From an uncultured Eubacteriales bacterium (lineage in GTDB: Bacteria > Bacillota > Clostridia > Oscillospirales > JAKOTC01): a stretch of 64,000 bases of DNA. The notes below the pieces were generated by a model. It worked only from the letters and a program-made list of their open reading frames with translations. It was not told where the DNA came from and did no database searches. The stretch covers positions 45,816 through 109,815 of the forward strand of contig CAZPLU010000002.1 of the NCBI GenBank assembly GCA_964587625.1, given 5' to 3'. Positions 19,323-28,428 of this stretch are shown one piece after another. Position 1 is the first letter of the stretch; the number at the start of each line of letters is the position of its first letter. Both the position numbers and the translations under genes were made by a program.

Positions 19323-21989
19323 CTATAACAATTTTCCCTCAATTCGGTAACTGCCGCAGACCAGTTCCAAAACCGGTTTGCCGTTTTCGTTATGCACCAC
19401 AACGCCCTCGGCTTCTTCGGCTTTTACATCGCCCTCGGTCAGGTCGCGGCAATCCGGTAAATACAAAGTGGCGCGACAGGGGGACGGGATATCCAGTTCG
19501 ACGGTAAATGCGCCGTTTGCGATATGCCAGCGGCAGCCGACCGGTCCGCGCACCGTCGAGATTTCGCAGCGCGCGCTCGAAAACCCCGAGGTCAACGCGG
19601 GTCTGGCGACGATATGCGCATACCCCGGTTCTGTTTCGTCGGCACTGATGCCGGCGATGTACTTGTAAAAAAACGCGGAGAGGTCGCTGAACATGTGGTG
19701 GTTGTGCGAACCGCCGCCGTTCCAGGTCTCCCAGAGGGTGTTGGCGTTCAACTCGACCCACCGACGAATACTCGGAAAATCCGGCTGCAGCAGCATGCTG
19801 ATACCGGCATGACCCAATCCCGCCGCACCCAGTGTATGCATAACGGCTTTATTACCCAAAACGCCGAAATCGAGATGCCCGTTTTGCTCATCTATCTGCG
19901 TCAACAAGCGAGCATACAGGCCGGGAAGCTCCTCCGGCTCGGCAAACCCATGATAGATCATCACCCCTGTCGAGGTCTGGCAATTCCCCGCGACCAGATC
20001 GTTCTTCGCGTCGAAAAACGCATCCCGGAAGGCCTTTTTAATTTCTTTGGCGCGTTTTTGATAATGTAAAGCGTCACGTTTTTTACCCAAAATTTCAGCC
20101 ATCTGCCAAAGCCGCCTTGCCGCCGTGTGGTAATAAGCCGTATCGGTGACTTCGGTGGGGCATTTGAACTTGCTCATGTTCACCGTGACGGCTTCGCCCT
20201 CGAACGGCGGACACCAGTCGCCGAGGCCATAACGCACGATATCATCGGTCGCCATGCGCTCCATAAAGTCGAAGTGCTTTTGGACCGCTTTATAGTTTTC
20301 CGCCAACATGTGCCGATCACCGCTCGCGGCATAGAGATTCCACGGGATGTCGACGATCGCGGACGACCAGTCCGGCCCGTTCAGGGCGTTATATCCCCAT
20401 CCGGCGGTCGGCGCGATACAGGGTATCAACCCGTCGATGCGCTGCGCGCGGCGGATGTCGCCGAGCCATTTGCTTAAAAACGCCTTTACCCCGAAGTTGA
20501 TCAACAGCTGTTCCGAGGACAGCGACCCGTCGCCCGTCCAGGCGCTTTTTTCGCGGTGGGTGTCGCTTGCGAAAATCCCCGTCATGCACGACGTCGACGA
20601 CCTGCGGCACATGTGCTGCACCCTGTTCAACACCTCGTCGGAACAATTGAAAAAACTCGCGCCGTCCACGTCGTTGTGCAGCGTCAGCGCCGTCACGTCG
20701 GAGAGCTGCGGCGTGTAGTCGAGGCCCGACAATTCGATGTACTGAAAGCCGTGATAGGTGAAAATCGGGTGCCAGATCTCTTCCCCGTCGGTCTTTTTGA
20801 TGTATTTATCGGTCTGAAAACAATGATTTTTAATAAAGACGTCGAGTTCCTTTTGGGTCAGCCGCCGATCCGGCGTCAATAAATCGGAATAGCGGATCGT
20901 GATCTCGGTTCCCGCTTTGCCCCGAAAGACAAACGCGCCGACGCCCGCCTGATTTTGCCCAACGTCGAAGACCCAGCCGTCGGGCGTCCGCCACAGGTCG
21001 ATTGCCGGGAACCGCTCGCAGATGCGGATCGGCTCCATCTCCATGGCCTTCAAAATACCGCCCGGACTTCTCATGATCCGCGCCGGCCGCCATCCGGAAT
21101 CGTCGAAGCCGGTGTCGTTCCAGCCGGGTTGCTCGGCGCGGGCATCATAATGTTCGCCGTGGCGGATGCCGTTAAAAAAGATCGGCCCCCTGTCCGATTT
21201 CCAACCGCCGTCGGTCGGGATCAGCGCCGCTGTGCCGTCGGTATAGGCGATATGCAGCTCCCCGATCATCCGGGGCCAGCCGCGCCAGGGCGCGTGGCTC
21301 GAATCCCACGGGTCGTCGGTGAAGCAGTTGTAAAAACCGTTTCCGAGCACCGCCGCAAGGGCGTTTTCACCTGTTTTAAGCTGCCTTGTCACGTCGAACA
21401 CACGGTAAAAAGAGAGCAGGTCGTATTGGGTGGGCGGCGTCGATAAAACATCGTCCCCGACTTTTTTGCCGTTCACATACGCCTCGAAATACCCGAGTCC
21501 GCAAATCGCCAACCGAGCCGATTCAACCGGCTTTTTAAGCGAAAAGGTCCTGCGCAGATAGGGCGCGGCCAGCGCGTCCTGTTCTTTTTGCGCGAATTTT
21601 AACGCGCTGTCGATGAAGTCGGCGGTGATCCACTTGGCTTCCCACGGCTCGTCCAGCTTCGCGGTCTCGAAAAATGCGATTTCCGACCGAACCTCTTTGC
21701 CGTTCTCACCCCTGCACCAAACGCGCCAGAAATAGCGCGTCAGCGGATTTAATTTTTCGCCGGAATAGGGGATATACAAGGACTCTTGCGAACGGATCCA
21801 GCCGCTGTCCCAGATTGCGCCCGTGTTTTTTTCAAGTTCCCTGCGATTTTGAGAAACCAATACGCGCCGCTGCATTTGGCTTTCCCCGCGTTTGGAGGCG
21901 CGTATCTTCCATGAAAACCTGGGCGGCGTGTCAAAGCCGATATAATTTTTTAAATCGTTGACCGACAGATCGCAAACCGTAAACGCCAT
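19323..21989 (-). CDS. Alpha-L-rhamnosidase (GH78)
   Basis: N-terminus PPRFSWKI...IWDSGWIRSQESLYIPYSGEKLNPLTRYFWRVW is the GH78 signature pattern, on a large six-hairpin body. GGAGGA RBS precedes ATG 21989. Confidence 0.85.
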   Translation of the reverse strand: MAFTVCDLSVNDLKNYIGFDTPPRFSWKIRASKRGESQMQRRVLVSQNRRELEKNTGAIWDSGWIRSQESLYIPYSGEKLNPLTRYFWRVWCRGENGKEVRSEIAFFETAKLDEPWEAKWITADFIDSALKFAQKEQDALAAPYLRRTFSLKKPVESARLAICGLGYFEAYVNGKKVGDDVLSTPPTQYDLLSFYRVFDVTRQLKTGENALAAVLGNGFYNCFTDDPWDSSHAPWRGWPRMIGELHIAYTDGTAALIPTDGGWKSDRGPIFFNGIRHGEHYDARAEQPGWNDTGFDDSGWRPARIMRSPGGILKAMEMEPIRICERFPAIDLWRTPDGWVFDVGQNQAGVGAFVFRGKAGTEITIRYSDLLTPDRRLTQKELDVFIKNHCFQTDKYIKKTDGEEIWHPIFTYHGFQYIELSGLDYTPQLSDVTALTLHNDVDGASFFNCSDEVLNRVQHMCRRSSTSCMTGIFASDTHREKSAWTGDGSLSSEQLLINFGVKAFLSKWLGDIRRAQRIDGLIPCIAPTAGWGYNALNGPDWSSAIVDIPWNLYAASGDRHMLAENYKAVQKHFDFMERMATDDIVRYGLGDWCPPFEGEAVTVNMSKFKCPTEVTDTAYYHTAARRLWQMAEILGKKRDALHYQKRAKEIKKAFRDAFFDAKNDLVAGNCQTSTGVMIYHGFAEPEELPGLYARLLTQIDEQNGHLDFGVLGNKAVMHTLGAAGLGHAGISMLLQPDFPSIRRWVELNANTLWETWNGGGSHNHHMFSDLSAFFYKYIAGISADETEPGYAHIVARPALTSGFSSARCEISTVRGPVGCRWHIANGAFTVELDIPSPCRATLYLPDCRDLTEGDVKAEEAEGVVVHNENGKPVLELVCGSYRIEGKLL

Positions 21990-22078
21990 AAATCCTCCGA
22001 AACGCTTTTTTATTATTTTATCAGCGATCCCGCGCAAACGCAACCTCGTTCCTCCATTTTATCAATTTTAAAAAATTG

Positions 22079-22107
22079 TTTTAAAAATCATTCGTATTTG
22101 TTATAAT
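22079..22107 (+). promoter_or_regulatory. Extended -10 promoter candidate for the first WYL regulator
   Basis: TGtTATAAT (22099-22107) with a weak -35 (ttttaa), about 44 nt upstream of ATG 22151. Confidence 0.4.
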
Positions 22108-22150
22108 CGTAATGGAAACTTTCAATCAGATCGACGACACGGAGACATTT

Positions 22151-23044
22151 ATGAAAATCGACCGACTCATCGGCATACTGGCCGTTTTGCAACAAAACCG
22201 AAAAGTGACCGCGCCCTACCTCGCCGAAAAGTTCGAGGTCTCGCGGCGCACCATCAACCGCGACGTCGAGGATATCTGCCGCGCGGGGATCCCGGTTGTC
22301 ACCGCACAGGGGCAAAACGGCGGCATCTCTCTGATGGACGGCTTTTGCCTCGACACGACCGTGTTCACCGAGGAGGAATTGCAATCGATCTTCATCGGCT
22401 TAAAGACGCTCGACAGCGTGTCGGATAGTCCGAAATCGGGGCTGCTGGCGCAAAAGCTCAACGCGCCGCCCGCCGATTTGATGCGAATTGACCTCTCGTC
22501 TTTTTACAAAGAAAGCTTGTCGGCCAAAATCGAGCTGTTAAAAACCGCGATTGCACAGCGCCGCTATGTCTCGTTTCATTATTACTACACCAAGGGCGAA
22601 GAGGACAAGCGGATCGAGCCGTACATGATCGCCTACCAGTGGGCGGACTGGTATGTGTTCGGCTGGTGTACCGGGCGGAAGGATTTTCGGCTGTACAAGC
22701 TCAACCGGCTTTGGGAACTGCGCCTATGCGACGAGACATTTGCCCCGCGCGAGATCCCCGAGGAAAAAAAACGGTTCGGAACCAATTTCACCGACGACTA
22801 TTTTATCACCGCGATTTTCGACCCGTCCCTGAAATACCGGCTGGTCGAGGACCGGGGGCCGGGCTCTTTTACCGTCCTGCCGGACGGGCGGCTGAAAATG
22901 CGGTGGGGCTTCACCGACCCCGACGCCGCCGTTTTGTGGTTTTTGGGCTTCGGGGACAAGGTCGAAATCACCGACCCTCCCGAGATACGGGACAAGCTCA
23001 AATCGACCGCACGAAAAGTTTTTAAAAAGTATTCCGAATCATGA
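22151..23044 (+). CDS. HTH-WYL transcriptional regulator (YafY/PafBC-like architecture), copy 1
   Basis: MKIDRLIGILAVLQQNRKVTAPYLAEKFEVSRRTINRDVEDICRAGIPV (wHTH), then a WYL-type core ...RIEPYMIAYQWADWYVFGWCTGRKDFRLYKLNRL. Confidence 0.85.
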   Translation: MKIDRLIGILAVLQQNRKVTAPYLAEKFEVSRRTINRDVEDICRAGIPVVTAQGQNGGISLMDGFCLDTTVFTEEELQSIFIGLKTLDSVSDSPKSGLLAQKLNAPPADLMRIDLSSFYKESLSAKIELLKTAIAQRRYVSFHYYYTKGEEDKRIEPYMIAYQWADWYVFGWCTGRKDFRLYKLNRLWELRLCDETFAPREIPEEKKRFGTNFTDDYFITAIFDPSLKYRLVEDRGPGSFTVLPDGRLKMRWGFTDPDAAVLWFLGFGDKVEITDPPEIRDKLKSTARKVFKKYSES

Positions 23045-23051
23045 CATACTC

Positions 23052-23075
23052 CTGTCGTGTTCGATGGGTTATCCT
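23052..23075 (+). promoter_or_regulatory. TTGTCRKGT-N9-TAnnnT element, site A
   Basis: CTGTCGTGT-tcgatgggt-TATCCT. It starts 7 nt after the WYL-1 stop and lies 28 nt before ATG 23104. Confidence 0.55.
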
Positions 23076-23103
23076 ATAACAAATCGAATAGGGGGTATTT
23101 AAA

Positions 23104-23397
23104 ATGAACCAAGATAAAATCGATTCGCGGTGCGGGCTGCGTTGTTCCGATTGTACATATAAACAATCGCATGGCTGCGGCGGCTGTATCGAAACCAAAG
23201 GGAACCCGTTTCACGGAAAATGTCCCGTGGCCGCCTGTTGCCGGGACAGGGGCTTCGGCCACTGCGGGCAATGCCCCGACATCCCCTGCGAACTGCTGAC
23301 GCAATATTCCTGCGACCCCGAACACGGGGACACGCCCGCCGGCGCGCGCATCGAGCGGTGCAGGCGCTGGGCGCGAAACGAACCGATCAAAGTATAG
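23104..23397 (+). CDS. DUF3795-type cysteine-rich protein
   Basis: 97 aa with CGLRCSDC...GCGGC...CPVAACC...CGQCPDIPC. This small Cys-rich family is often found beside YafY-type regulators. Confidence 0.7.
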   Translation: MNQDKIDSRCGLRCSDCTYKQSHGCGGCIETKGNPFHGKCPVAACCRDRGFGHCGQCPDIPCELLTQYSCDPEHGDTPAGARIERCRRWARNEPIKV

Positions 23398-23475
23398 CGC
23401 GCCGCGGCGCGGGCATTTGGGTTGTAATGCGGAATTCTATGCCCCGCCGCTCAAATCGAAGGAAGGATTTTATTT

Positions 23476-23847
23476 ATGAAGTTGTGTTTTTTCATTCTCA
23501 ATGTGAACGATATTGAAATGATGAAGGCGTGGTACCGGGATGCCGCCGGTCTTAAATTGGTTTCCGAGTCCGCGGGTTATAAGGAATTTTTCACCGAAGA
23601 CGGGTTTTCGTTCAATCTCTGCCAAAAAAATCCGGCAGGGGCTTCACCGGCAAAACCGATCAACGAAACGATGAATATCGGCTTCGACCTCCCGACCTTC
23701 CGCGAGCTTGACGCCGCGTACGAGCGCCTGGTCAACGCCGGGGCGACGCCCGTGACCCCGCCGGCCACCGCCCCGTGGGGACACCGGATCGCCTATCTGG
23801 CCGACCCCGAGGGGAACATCCTCGCGCTGAATGCGATGAGGGAATAA
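23476..23847 (+). CDS. VOC (glyoxalase/bleomycin-resistance/dioxygenase) family protein
   Basis: 123 aa ending ...PWGHRIAYLADPEGNILAL, the typical VOC C-terminal motif. Confidence 0.8.
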   Translation: MKLCFFILNVNDIEMMKAWYRDAAGLKLVSESAGYKEFFTEDGFSFNLCQKNPAGASPAKPINETMNIGFDLPTFRELDAAYERLVNAGATPVTPPATAPWGHRIAYLADPEGNILALNAMRE

Positions 23848-23903
23848 ATACAAGGAGAGGTCATCCGTCCGCATGTGACGGCTTTTGGCCGAAGGATGAA
23901 CCA

Positions 23904-24812
23904 ATGGCAGGATATCATATCAAAATTGACGAGCTATGCAGAAGGTGCGGCATCGGCGGGCTCATAACAGCGCCCGTTCCGATTTCCGGCGGTCTGCTGC
24001 ATCAAATGTACGATGTGAGCACAACGGCCGGGAGGTTCGTCGTCAAAGTGTTAAATCCCGAAATCATGGCGAGAAGCGGCGCTTTCGGCAGTTACGCCGT
24101 CTCCGAAAAAATTGCCCGCAAGCTTTCCGGCAGCATCCCTGTGAGCTGTGCAAAACGTTGTGGAGAAAATGATATACAGGAACTGGAAGGGCAATATTAC
24201 TTGATTTATGACTTTATAAACGGAAAGTCGCTGCGGCAACGCGAAATTACGCCGCGGCACGCGCAAAAAGTCGGAGCTGTCGTCGCAAAAATCCATACGA
24301 CCGACTTTTCCGAACTGAATCTTATAAATGTTCGTCCGACCAACCCCCGGGTTTTCGATTGGCTTTCGCTCGCGCGAACAGGTGAGAGCCGCGATTTGAT
24401 ATGGCATCCGCTAATAACGGCAAACCTTGAAAAGCTGTCTTTTTTAACGGACCGCATGAACGAATCCCGCGCGGCTTTGTCTTCGAACGAAACCATTTGC
24501 CACGGTGACCTTGATTCGAAAAACGTCTTATGGCAAAACAATATCCCCACAATTATCGATTGGGAATCGGCATGGTTTTATAATCCTTGCCATGATTTTC
24601 TCGATACAGCGCTTTACTGGTCGAAAAACGAGAATGAGTCCATTGATTATATGAGATTTTCCGCTTTTATCGACGGTTACAGGAGTATCAAAATCATCCA
24701 GAATACTGACTGGAAAACGGTTTTGTACAGCGGATATTCCGCAAAACTCGGATGGCTTTACTATAACTTAAAACGTTCTGCCGGTGTCGATTGTTATGAT
24801 GAAGCAGAGTAA
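23904..24812 (+). CDS. Phosphotransferase (APH-like kinase) family protein, possibly truncated by an in-frame TAA
   Basis: ICHGDLDSKNVLW and IIDWES kinase motifs. GAAGGA RBS precedes ATG 23904. After TAA 24810-24812 the same frame stays open for 34 more codons. Confidence 0.7.
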   Translation: MAGYHIKIDELCRRCGIGGLITAPVPISGGLLHQMYDVSTTAGRFVVKVLNPEIMARSGAFGSYAVSEKIARKLSGSIPVSCAKRCGENDIQELEGQYYLIYDFINGKSLRQREITPRHAQKVGAVVAKIHTTDFSELNLINVRPTNPRVFDWLSLARTGESRDLIWHPLITANLEKLSFLTDRMNESRAALSSNETICHGDLDSKNVLWQNNIPTIIDWESAWFYNPCHDFLDTALYWSKNENESIDYMRFSAFIDGYRSIKIIQNTDWKTVLYSGYSAKLGWLYYNLKRSAGVDCYDEAE

Positions 24813-24929
24813 AATATCGGAACGGAGCAAGTTACGGCGACAATGAACGAAATCCTTGCATATGAAGAACACATAGACCAAATTTCGGACTTTTTAAAAA
24901 GAGAACTTGAATGATTTAAGGAGAAACAT

Positions 24930-25322
24930 ATGTTAATACCCCACCTTCACTTTAACGGTACTTGCAAACAAGCCGTCACCTTATATGAAGCCGCGTTCGG
25001 CGCAAAGGCCGAGAGCGTGATTTACAGCCATCAATACGACCCGTCTCAGCCCGTTAGCGACCGCGTCGCCCACGCCGTGATGAAAATCCACGGGCAGACG
25101 GTCTTTTTGAACGACCGCTTCGGCAACAAAGACCGAACCACCGACTGCGCCGTCCATCTGATTGTGATGTTCGAGAGCAAGGCCGCGTTATTATCTTGTT
25201 ACGAGCTTCTGAAAGAGGACAGCATCACGGTTGACCCGATGCAGGAATTGGCCTACAGCCTGCTCTGTGTGCAGTTCATCGATCGGTTCGGCGTGCTGTG
25301 GGGCTTTATGGTTGAGCAATGA
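24930..25322 (+). CDS. PhnB-like VOC superfamily protein
   Basis: LIPHLHFNGTCKQAVTLYEAAFGA... and C-terminal DRFGVLWGF are typical of the PhnB/3-demethylubiquinone-methyltransferase-like domain. Confidence 0.7.
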   Translation: MLIPHLHFNGTCKQAVTLYEAAFGAKAESVIYSHQYDPSQPVSDRVAHAVMKIHGQTVFLNDRFGNKDRTTDCAVHLIVMFESKAALLSCYELLKEDSITVDPMQELAYSLLCVQFIDRFGVLWGFMVEQ

Positions 25323-25380
25323 TCAAGCAAAACTTCTGTAAGTAATAATTTATTTTACTGTATACAAACACGTCATACTA

Positions 25381-25404
25381 TTGTCGTGTTCGTTGTGGTA
25401 ATAT
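25381..25404 (+). promoter_or_regulatory. TTGTCRKGT-N9-TAnnnT element, site B
   Basis: TTGTCGTGT-tcgttgtgg-TAATAT, 27 nt before ATG 25432. Confidence 0.55.
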
Positions 25405-25431
25405 GATAAAAAAACGGGAGGAAAAGTACAA

Positions 25432-25782
25432 ATGATTACGAAATTCCGCGGCATAAACATCTCTACAAAAAATCCAAAACGACTTGTTCTTTTTTATAAA
25501 GAGATATTGGGGCTTAAAATATTGGAAGACGATCCGAATGATGACGGCGTGGCGTTCGGCAATGGGGAAAATGAACCCGTCTTTTGGATTTGGGACGAAA
25601 ACAAGTGGGGGAAATCGACAACCGGAACGGTCACGCTGGTTTTTGACTGCGACGATCCCCAAAAAACATATGAGGAATTAAAACAAAAAGGCGTTGCGCT
25701 TGACCCTCCGTCCGTCGCGGATTGGGGCGGGACGGAACTTATTGTGAAAGACCCCGACGGCAACACGATCTTAATTTTATAA
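25432..25782 (+). CDS. VOC/glyoxalase family protein
   Basis: 116 aa. FYKEILGLK..., ...WGGTELIVKDPDGNTILI. Confidence 0.8.
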   Translation: MITKFRGINISTKNPKRLVLFYKEILGLKILEDDPNDDGVAFGNGENEPVFWIWDENKWGKSTTGTVTLVFDCDDPQKTYEELKQKGVALDPPSVADWGGTELIVKDPDGNTILIL

Positions 25783-25971
25783 TTTAAAGGGATTTTACGG
25801 GGTTTCAATCGGGCGTTTCCGCAACGGCCCGTATGATTTGAACGACGTCGTCACGGACCTGCCGGACGCCGAAACCCGAATGGATGAAATCCTCGGGGCC
25901 GTCCGTACGGCCAATTTCGGGAAATCCCCGAAGCGGTTTATGGGAAAAGAAATTTGAATCGGGGTGCGAAA

Positions 25972-26337
25972 ATGAAAAGATCGATGATGCAGGTCTATGT
26001 GAAAAACAGCGCGCAGGCAGTCCCGTTTTATCAAAACACATTCGGCGCGAAAGTAATTTGCTGCCATTATAACGCCGACAAAACCGTCGCCCACGCCGAG
26101 TTGGACGTTTTCGGGCAAATCCTTGCGATTTGCGAATCCGGAGAAAAAGAGACGGTCACGGGCAACGCCATGCAGTTTTGCCTGCATTTCGGCGCAGGAA
26201 ACGAGGAACTGGTGCGAAAAATCATCGGCAATCTCAGCCAGGATGGAAAAATTGTTTTCTCCGATCCGGTTGACTGGAGTCCGTTAGCGGCGGGGATTGT
26301 GGACAAATTCGGCGTGAATTGGTGCGTTTTTGTCTGA
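25972..26337 (+). CDS. PhnB-like VOC superfamily protein
   Basis: MQVYVKNSAQAVPFYQNTFGAK... and C-terminal DKFGVNWCV. Paralogous in pattern to the gene at 24930. Confidence 0.65.
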   Translation: MKRSMMQVYVKNSAQAVPFYQNTFGAKVICCHYNADKTVAHAELDVFGQILAICESGEKETVTGNAMQFCLHFGAGNEELVRKIIGNLSQDGKIVFSDPVDWSPLAAGIVDKFGVNWCVFV

Positions 26338-26446
26338 TATAGATGATAAGGGAAAAACGGTATCATCACGGTTGAACCCGCCCGCGAAAAGTCGGGAAGC
26401 TTTCTTCCGCCTGCGCTATAATTTTTTCGAAAAGGGGGCTTCAACC

Positions 26447-27298
26447 GTGGAAACACCGGCAATTCTCCAACAACTCAACGGGGCGATGGAATACCTCGAA
26501 GCGCGCCTCGGCGATGAGATCGATTTAAATGATTTGGCGCGCGTCGCCTGCGTCGCGCCGGACAGCTTCCTGCGCTTTTTCAGCTACATGACCGGGATGT
26601 CGCTGAGGGAGTATATCCGACGCAGGAGATTGACCCGCGCGGCGTATGAGCTGCGAGCCACGAACGCAAAAGTGATCGACGTCGCCGTTAGGTACGGCTA
26701 CGACAGCGCCGACGCGTTTTCAAGGGCGTTTATCCGGCAGCACGGGATCACGCCGACGCAGGCCAGAAACCCGAGTCGGCCGCTGAAAGCGTTTCCGCCC
26801 GCCTCCTTTCACATTGTGATGAACGGAGCGAAAGAAATGGAATTCAAACTCATTCAGGCAGGCGAAATCAAACTGCGCGGACTCTCGAAACAATTCAGCG
26901 GAGCAGCCGCCGACCGTTTCGAACAGGAGCACATCATGTGGGCAGACCACCACGACGATGTGCAAAACAAGGTCAGCACCGATGTCCCCGGCACGTGGTA
27001 CGGCGTCTGGGACGCGGGAAAGTACGCAATCGCCCGGGCGGAACAAGACGTCAACAGTAAAGACCTTGACGAGATCACAATTCCCGCGGGGACATACGCC
27101 GTGTTCAACACCGGTCCGGGCGGCTTTGCGGGAGACGAACTGCCCAAACTGCGCGAACAGGTCTTCGGCGCATGGCTGTCCGATTCCGGCTATGTTCAAA
27201 CAGCCGACCGCGAAGTCGAGGTTTATCACCTGTTTTCGAAAACCGAAAAATCCAAGCGGTATTATGAACTTTGGATTCCGGTGAAAAAGAATCAATAA
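26447..27298 (+). CDS. AraC-family regulator with a C-terminal GyrI-like effector-binding domain, copy 1
   Basis: HTH region LREYIRRRRLTRAAYEL...GYDSADAFSRAFIRQHGITPTQAR, then a GyrI-like half ending VEVYHL...YELWIPV. GTG 26447 lies 8 nt after AAGGGGG. Confidence 0.85.
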   Translation: METPAILQQLNGAMEYLEARLGDEIDLNDLARVACVAPDSFLRFFSYMTGMSLREYIRRRRLTRAAYELRATNAKVIDVAVRYGYDSADAFSRAFIRQHGITPTQARNPSRPLKAFPPASFHIVMNGAKEMEFKLIQAGEIKLRGLSKQFSGAAADRFEQEHIMWADHHDDVQNKVSTDVPGTWYGVWDAGKYAIARAEQDVNSKDLDEITIPAGTYAVFNTGPGGFAGDELPKLREQVFGAWLSDSGYVQTADREVEVYHLFSKTEKSKRYYELWIPVKKNQ

Positions 27299-27306
27299 TT
27301 GTGGGT

Positions 27307-27338
27307 CTCCCGCCATGCCGATATCGGCATGGCGGGAG
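27307..27338 (+). terminator. Perfect hairpin after AraC-1 (terminator candidate)
   Basis: ctcccgccatgccgatatcggcatggcgggag, followed by an A/T-rich stretch. Confidence 0.55.
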
Positions 27339-27362
27339 ATATTATATCTATATTCACGTTTT

Positions 27363-27401
27363 AAACCTGACATAGAGTTGTCAGGTTTGTTGTTTTATGA
27401 T
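27363..27401 (+). promoter_or_regulatory. TTGTCRKGT-N9-TAnnnT element, site C, embedded in a 10-bp perfect inverted repeat
   Basis: AAACCTGACA-tagagt-TGTCAGGTTT (27363-27388). TTGTCAGGT-ttgttgttt-TATGAT (27378-27401). Confidence 0.55.
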
Positions 27402-27487
27402 AAAATAAAGTCCGATGAATGAACGGGCAGCTTTCGCAAATTTTATCAACCATTTTCCCGTTCTGTCTGTTATCATGACAGCGTGAG

Positions 27488-28345
27488 GTGATCAAGCTGG
27501 AATATCATGAACATATCGGCGCCGCGCTCGACTATATCGAGGACAACCTGTGCGGGGAGCTGACGCTCGCGCGCATCGCCTGCGCGGCGGGCTATTCGGA
27601 ATACCACTTTCTGCGCATCTTCCGCGAAGCCACCGGGCTGACCCCCGCCGACTACATCCGCAAGCGGCGCCTGTCCGAAATCGTCCGGCGCATGCAGCGC
27701 CTGCGCATGATGAATGAGGACCGCCCCGCCTCGGAGATCGCCTTCGAGTTCGGCTTCAATTCCAAGGAAAATTTTTTGCGCGCGTTCAAGGCCGAGCACC
27801 ACATCCTTCCGACCGAATTCCGAAAAGCCGGAAACAGCTTGAAACTGTATGACCGGATCCGGTTCGACCCGCCTCCGATTCAGGCGGAGGGGCGGGTTTT
27901 AAAACTCGACGCCTTTGAATTGATCGTCTATCCGAGCGACGAGGATTATGCGCCCAACTTTTGGAACAAGTACAACGCGAAAAAATGGTCCGAGAAACTC
28001 TCCGGGGGTAAAATCGCCGAGGACTTCGGCGTCTGCAAATGGAACGAAACCGCCCAAAAACTCGATTATTACATCGGAATCCGAAGGAGCGACGTGCGCG
28101 GCGACCTCTCCGGGACGGTCATGCTTCCGATCCCCGGCGGGCTTTACGCCGTCTTCGACACGCCACCGTCGACGCCCTTCGACTTCGTCAACGCCATCCA
28201 CCGCACCTGGCGTTACATCGGCCGTGTCTGGCTGCCGCAAAACGGGTACCGGCGCACCGGTGGCTACGAGCTAGAGAGCTATGTCGAGCAGAGCCGCGCG
28301 TTTTCGGAGCGCATCTATATCCCAGTGGAAAAAGAGAGCCAATAA
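27488..28345 (+). CDS. AraC-family regulator with a C-terminal GyrI-like effector-binding domain, copy 2
   Basis: LTLARIACAAGYSEYHFLRIFREATGLTPADYIRKRRL...FNSKENFLRAFKAEHHILPTEFR, then a GyrI-like half ending ELESYV...RIYIPV. Confidence 0.85.
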   Translation: MIKLEYHEHIGAALDYIEDNLCGELTLARIACAAGYSEYHFLRIFREATGLTPADYIRKRRLSEIVRRMQRLRMMNEDRPASEIAFEFGFNSKENFLRAFKAEHHILPTEFRKAGNSLKLYDRIRFDPPPIQAEGRVLKLDAFELIVYPSDEDYAPNFWNKYNAKKWSEKLSGGKIAEDFGVCKWNETAQKLDYYIGIRRSDVRGDLSGTVMLPIPGGLYAVFDTPPSTPFDFVNAIHRTWRYIGRVWLPQNGYRRTGGYELESYVEQSRAFSERIYIPVEKESQ

Positions 28346-28428
28346 GAACGGGGCGGCTGCGTTTTGCCGTTGTAAATTTTACCCCGAACCCGACAGCTTC
28401 CCGTCAACTAAAACCCGGAGGCGATTTG

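Noticed and set aside
25783-25971. A G+C-rich 190-nt spacer between two AT-richer VOC genes. A minus-strand frame ends ...GRTDGPEDFIHSGFGVRQVRDDVVQIIRAVAETPD*, which looks like a gene relic.
   Set aside because: There is no start, no recognisable family, and the ORF runs into the opposite-strand PhnB-like gene. It cannot be distinguished from chance.
28039-28428. The long ORF-track N-terminal extension of the second WYL regulator.
   Set aside because: The extension overlaps the AraC-2 gene in another frame and is Arg/Pro-rich. The conserved wHTH begins at ATG 28429, which has a CGGAGG RBS.
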